Source: a bacterium
Lineage (GTDB): Bacteria; Babelota; Babeliae; Babelales; CAIQNR01
Assembly: GCA_947505805.1 (NCBI GenBank)
Contig: CANNMA010000001.1
Span: forward strand, 1 to 59,357
Direction of reading: 5' to 3'
DNA length: 59,357 nucleotides
Of this stretch, positions 54,597-59,357 are shown piece after piece. The translations under genes were made by a program, and so were the position numbers. Within the stretch, counting starts at the first letter, position 1. Each line of letters begins with the position of its first letter. The notes under the pieces were generated by a model. The model was not told the DNA's origin, ran no database searches, and saw nothing but the letters and a program-made list of their open reading frames with translations.

Positions 54597-55907
54597 ATGA
54601 GCTTTATGAAATTTAGATATCAAGAAAGTTGTGGAGTTTCTGTAGAAAAACTTTTGCAGATAATTCATGATAAAGGGCTTTATGATTTTCAAGAAAATCT
54701 TTCTAGGATTGTACAGAATGATGATCACTATAGCGATTCTGTTTCATGTGTAAATCTTCCTGAAGATCAAGATCTCTTTATTCAGGTTCAAACCGCAGTT
54801 GTCGATATACAAGCATTACAGCCAACTGTGCTTGTTGTGGTTGGGATTGGTGGATCAAGTTTGGGAGCAAAAGCTGTTTTGCAAGCGATTCAAGGAAGAG
54901 TGCGCGATTCTCAAGGTCATGCTTTGCGGGTCTATTTTGCAGAGACAGTTGATAGTGATCGAATGTATACAATTATGACAATTCTTGAAAAAGAGCTTGG
55001 AGTAGGTAACACGATTATTATCAATGTGGTGACAAAATCAGGAACTACGCTTGAGACACTTGCAAATTTTTATGTTCTTGTTGCTCTTCTTAAACAGTAT
55101 CGGCCCTATGATTATAAAAAATATATTATTGTAACAACTGATAATGGTTCTCCATTGTGGATTCATGCTCAATCTGAAAAGTACAGACTTTTAGAAATTC
55201 CTAAAAAAGTTGGTGGTAGGTATTCACTTTTTTCAGCTGTAGGTCTTTTTCCTCTTGCCTTGGCTGGAATTAATATTGAAGCATTGCGAGCTGGTGCATC
55301 TCATATGACACAGCAATGTTTTAATAAAGACATGAGATTAAACCCTGCTGCTATGAGTGCTGCCATTCATTATTATTACTATCGACAACATATACGTATA
55401 AGTGATCTTTTTATGTTTTCAGTTGATTTAGAAGCTCTTGGGAAATGGTATCGGCAATTAATGGCAGAAAGTCTTGGAAAAGAATTTGATGTTAATGGGG
55501 CTCGAGTATTTGCGGGTATTACGCCGACTGTTTCATTAGGAAGTATTGATTTGCATTCAGTTGCGCAGCTCTATCTTGGTGGTCCACGAGATAAATTTAC
55601 AACATTTGTTTCTGTCGCAGAAAGTGCTCATTCGATAACGATTCCAGAGGATGCACCTTTATGGAAGGGGAAAGCATTTTCGGGAATTATGCATGCACTT
55701 GCGCAAGGTACTCAAGCTGCTTATTTAAAGACTGGGCGGCCTTTTTCTACTGTTGTTTTGCCAGCAAAGAATGAATATTCGATTGGTCAATTTGTGCAGT
55801 GGAAAATTATGGAAATGATGTATCTTGGTTTTCTTTTGCAAGTTGATTGTTTTGATCAACCTAATGTTGAACTTTATAAAAAAGAAGCTCTTCAGTTACT
55901 TGAATAA
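54597..55907 (+). CDS. pgi: Glucose-6-phosphate isomerase
   Basis: VVGIGGSSLGAKAV, VVTKSGTTLETLANF and VGGRYSLFSAVGL. Confidence 0.9.
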   Translation: MSFMKFRYQESCGVSVEKLLQIIHDKGLYDFQENLSRIVQNDDHYSDSVSCVNLPEDQDLFIQVQTAVVDIQALQPTVLVVVGIGGSSLGAKAVLQAIQGRVRDSQGHALRVYFAETVDSDRMYTIMTILEKELGVGNTIIINVVTKSGTTLETLANFYVLVALLKQYRPYDYKKYIIVTTDNGSPLWIHAQSEKYRLLEIPKKVGGRYSLFSAVGLFPLALAGINIEALRAGASHMTQQCFNKDMRLNPAAMSAAIHYYYYRQHIRISDLFMFSVDLEALGKWYRQLMAESLGKEFDVNGARVFAGITPTVSLGSIDLHSVAQLYLGGPRDKFTTFVSVAESAHSITIPEDAPLWKGKAFSGIMHALAQGTQAAYLKTGRPFSTVVLPAKNEYSIGQFVQWKIMEMMYLGFLLQVDCFDQPNVELYKKEALQLLE

Positions 55908-55944
55908 AAAGAATAATCAGTTTAGTAGGTGTTAATAATAAAAA

Positions 55945-55980
55945 AAGCTCTTCAGCTATTTGTATAACGAAGAGCTTTTT
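55945..55980. terminator. Bidirectional intrinsic terminator between pgi and prfB
   Basis: AAGCTCTTC (55945-55953) pairs with GAAGAGCTT (55969-55977). It is flanked by an A-run and a T-run. Confidence 0.6.
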
Positions 55981-55995
55981 GTGAATTGGAATCAT

Positions 55996-57102
55996 TCAGT
56001 GAGCTGAAGAATTTTGTACAAGACAGCTTTCAATAAATCCCATAAGATCTCCATCAAGTACTAAATCAGGTTGTTGAGATTCAAAGTCAGTGCGATGATC
56101 TTTAATCATTTTGTAAGGGTGTAAAACATAAGAACGAATTTGTGAGCCCCACTCAATTTTCTTTTTTTCATAGGAAGCACTTTTTGCAAGAGCTTCTTCT
56201 TCTTGTTTTTGCGCTAATTTTGCTTTGAGCATTTTTAAAGCAGTTTCTTTGTTTTGAATTTGAGATCGTTCATTTTGACATTGAACAACAATTCCTGAAG
56301 GGATATGTGTGATTCGAATAGCAGATTCAGTTTTGTTAACGTGTTGTCCGCCCGCTCCACCTGCTCGATAAGTATCGATTTTTAAATCTTCTGTATTGAT
56401 AGCAATTTCAACCTTTGGGGTTTCAGGAACAACATGTACTCCTGCAAAAGAAGTGTGACGACGTTTATTTGCATCATAGGGAGAAATTCTTACTAAACGA
56501 TGAATACCATGCTCATTTTTTAAAAGGCCATAAGCATTTTTACCTTTAACAAAAAGAGTTGCGCCTTTAATGCCGGCTTCTTCACCTACAACATAATCAA
56601 TAATAGAGAAATCAAAATTCTGTTGTTCGCAAAATCGAGTGTACATTCGAAGAAGTATTTCTGCCCAGTCTTGTGATTCCGTTCCACCAGCTCCGCAGTT
56701 GATACTAATAAAACAGGGTGATGTATCTTGTTCGTCATGGAGTAGAAGTTGAATTTTGAAATTGCGAATAGCTTTAGCTAATTGTTTAACATCGATGGTT
56801 AGTTTTTGAAGTTCAATTTCATCATTTTTAAAAAGATCAATAAGGCCTGCAGTGTCTTCGTAGCGAGCAATAATATCATGATACTGTTCCCGCTGGTTTT
56901 TTAACGCTTGTAGTTCTTTAAGGATGTTGATTTGAGCAGCATCTTGCCAATTAGAAACCGCTTGTCCTTTTTTTTCGAGAATAATAATTCGATTATCGTA
57001 GTCCGCATTTTTCCAATATGTTTTAATAATGGCAACATCCGGTTCTAACTGTTTTAATTCTTCAGTGAGTATATCAAGTATCATAGTATTCCTTAGATTC
57101 AT
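55996..57102 (-). CDS. prfB: Peptide chain release factor 2 (single uninterrupted frame)
   Basis: GGQ motif (RAGGAGGQHVNKTESAIRITHIPSGIVVQCQNERSQ), RISPYDANKRRHTSFA (SPF-type tripeptide, here SPY), and GSQIRSYVL. Confidence 0.9.
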   Translation of the reverse strand: MNLRNTMILDILTEELKQLEPDVAIIKTYWKNADYDNRIIILEKKGQAVSNWQDAAQINILKELQALKNQREQYHDIIARYEDTAGLIDLFKNDEIELQKLTIDVKQLAKAIRNFKIQLLLHDEQDTSPCFISINCGAGGTESQDWAEILLRMYTRFCEQQNFDFSIIDYVVGEEAGIKGATLFVKGKNAYGLLKNEHGIHRLVRISPYDANKRRHTSFAGVHVVPETPKVEIAINTEDLKIDTYRAGGAGGQHVNKTESAIRITHIPSGIVVQCQNERSQIQNKETALKMLKAKLAQKQEEEALAKSASYEKKKIEWGSQIRSYVLHPYKMIKDHRTDFESQQPDLVLDGDLMGFIESCLVQNSSAH

Positions 57103-57282
57103 GCTGATGGGTTTGTTTTTACGGGTAGATTGTTACTCTACCACGAATTAAAAACTGGTGCTAAAATGAGTTGTTTAAAACCAATTTTTAATCCACGATG
57201 TGGCTTGAAAATCATGAGCAAAAAAATAATATTTTGAGACTATTTTTGAGCTCACTATATATAAGGAAGGAATTTCACCAAA

Positions 57283-57873
57283 ATGAATGGTAAAGTTTTT
57301 ATTATTTCGGGGCCATCAGGGGTTGGTAAAACAACAGTGGTTGAAGGAGTCATTTCAAGTTGGTCAAATAAGTCCCATCCTCTTGAGCGAGTAGTGACGT
57401 ATACAACTCGTGCTGCCAGACCGCATGAGGTGGATGGAAAAGATTATCATTTTATAACGATGGAAGAATTTCTCTTAAAAAGAGAACAAGGATTCTTTTT
57501 GGAAACAAGTACATTTTGTGGTCACTCATATGGTTCGGCTCGGTCTGTTCTTGAAAAAGTAAAAATAAGCTTATGTTCTTATCTTTTAATCTTAGATCAA
57601 GAAGGAGCGCGAGCACTTAAATCTGTTGAAGGGATCGTTTTGATATGGTTGATGCCCCCTACATTAGATGCATTACGAGATCGACTTGAAAAGAGAGCGG
57701 AGGATTCTAGAGAAGTTATAATGAAAAGAATAGAAAAAGCGCAAAGAGAAGTTACTCAAGAAAAAAAAGATATGATGTATGACTATCACGTTATAAATAC
57801 TGACTTAAAAGACACAATAAATACGCTCAAATGCCTTATAGAAGCTATTATTGGCAGTGTTCATAAAGAGTAA
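57283..57873 (+). CDS. gmk: Guanylate kinase
   Basis: P-loop ISGPSGVGKTT and TTRAARPHEVDGKDYHF. Confidence 0.9.
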   Translation: MNGKVFIISGPSGVGKTTVVEGVISSWSNKSHPLERVVTYTTRAARPHEVDGKDYHFITMEEFLLKREQGFFLETSTFCGHSYGSARSVLEKVKISLCSYLLILDQEGARALKSVEGIVLIWLMPPTLDALRDRLEKRAEDSREVIMKRIEKAQREVTQEKKDMMYDYHVINTDLKDTINTLKCLIEAIIGSVHKE

Positions 57874-58141
57874 TTAAGGGAAGTTAGTATTAATTTTTTA
57901 AGAAATGTTGACTCAAAAACATAGTAGTTTTTTAACTTTATTTTTATCGGAAAAGAAAAAGCTTGCTTTTATTGAACCAGCGGTTACAATAGGATCATGT
58001 TTTTGGGAAGTAGCAAAAACAATTGACATTAAAGACGCTAAAAGACAGATGCTAAACAGTACGAATCAGCAACAAAAAGTCTCGCAAAAACGAGCTTAAG
58101 ATTTATCAACAAAAACCTTCAAAAAAAACTTCAAAAAAAGT

Positions 58142-58169
58142 TTGACAACGCAAAAAGCACCTGTATAAT
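58142..58169 (+). promoter_or_regulatory. Consensus sigma-70-type promoter for the rRNA operon
   Basis: TTGACA (58142-58147), a 16-nt spacer, then TATAAT (58164-58169), about 175 nt upstream of the 16S 5' end. Confidence 0.6.
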
Positions 58170-58213
58170 AGATTCTACCTTTAGCAAACAAGTTGCAATT
58201 AGAAAAAATTAAA

Positions 58214-58226
58214 AGCTCTTTGAAAT
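58214..58226 (+). promoter_or_regulatory. boxA-like antitermination element in the rRNA leader
   Basis: AGCTCTTTGAAAT resembles the rrn boxA core GCTCTTTAACA. It lies between the promoter and the 16S gene. Confidence 0.4.
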
Positions 58227-58343
58227 ACATAAGAAACTCATAAAATAAGTCGTAACACGATTAAGATAATTTTTCTTAGTCTGTTATGAATAAAAATTTG
58301 TCCACAGAAAAAGTGACAGGATTACCCAACAAAAGCAATTTTT

Positions 58344-59357
<1,014 letters not shown>

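Noticed and set aside
55996-57102. Programmed +1 frameshift in prfB
   Set aside because: The RF2 frame is uninterrupted from the ATG at 57102, and the region equivalent to the E. coli shift site reads through as ..KTYWKNADYDN... This gene therefore lacks the autoregulatory frameshift.
57905-58099. 64-aa ORF between gmk and the 16S gene
   Set aside because: It lies just upstream of the rRNA promoter region, has no SD and no recognisable motif. It is probably non-coding.

Overview
This is an AT-rich bacterial chromosome segment of 59,357 bp that ends inside a 16S rRNA gene. The housekeeping genes can be read directly from the translations. They are alr (partial and missing from the ORF track), rlmB, ftsQ-ftsA-ftsZ, groES-groEL, ftsL-ftsI, bamA, cysS, trxA, an ABC-F ATPase, a BAX-inhibitor-type membrane protein, an alanine/glycine:cation symporter, a HIT protein, pgi, prfB and gmk, plus five tRNAs: Arg-TCT, Ser-TGA, Arg-ACG, Ser-GCT and Leu-CAA. 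Between these lies an unusually dense set of lineage-specific genes whose products begin with Sec-type signal peptides or signal anchors. Several carry eukaryote-type domains: two ankyrin-repeat proteins, four RING-type zinc-finger proteins, one C2H2 zinc-finger protein, and two FUT8/NodZ-like (GT23-type) glycosyltransferases flanking a GT2. Together with the diderm markers (BamA and a beta-barrel ending in Phe), this suggests an obligate intracellular associate of a eukaryote, possibly Dependentiae/TM6-like. That placement is inference only and the 16S fragment needs a database search. Four observations stand out. (1) Nine co-directional genes at 15039-22197 encode signal-peptide, multi-hydrophobic-segment paralogs, three of them with RING fingers. 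I read this as a candidate array of membrane-tethered ubiquitin-ligase mimics. (2) A GC-rich 399-bp foldback element at 27537-27935 has 104-nt inverted arms, conserved local hairpins and one compensatory stem change. A 53-bp miniature relative lies at 14922-14974. (3) A membrane-spanning MutS-like ATPase is translationally coupled to a MazG-like NTP pyrophosphohydrolase-fold protein at 44759-47391. (4) An operon of signal-anchored glycosyltransferases lies next to an ankyrin plus RING-H2 protein at 38451-43188. Everything here is hand translation and hand alignment. No database, HMM or folding program was run.
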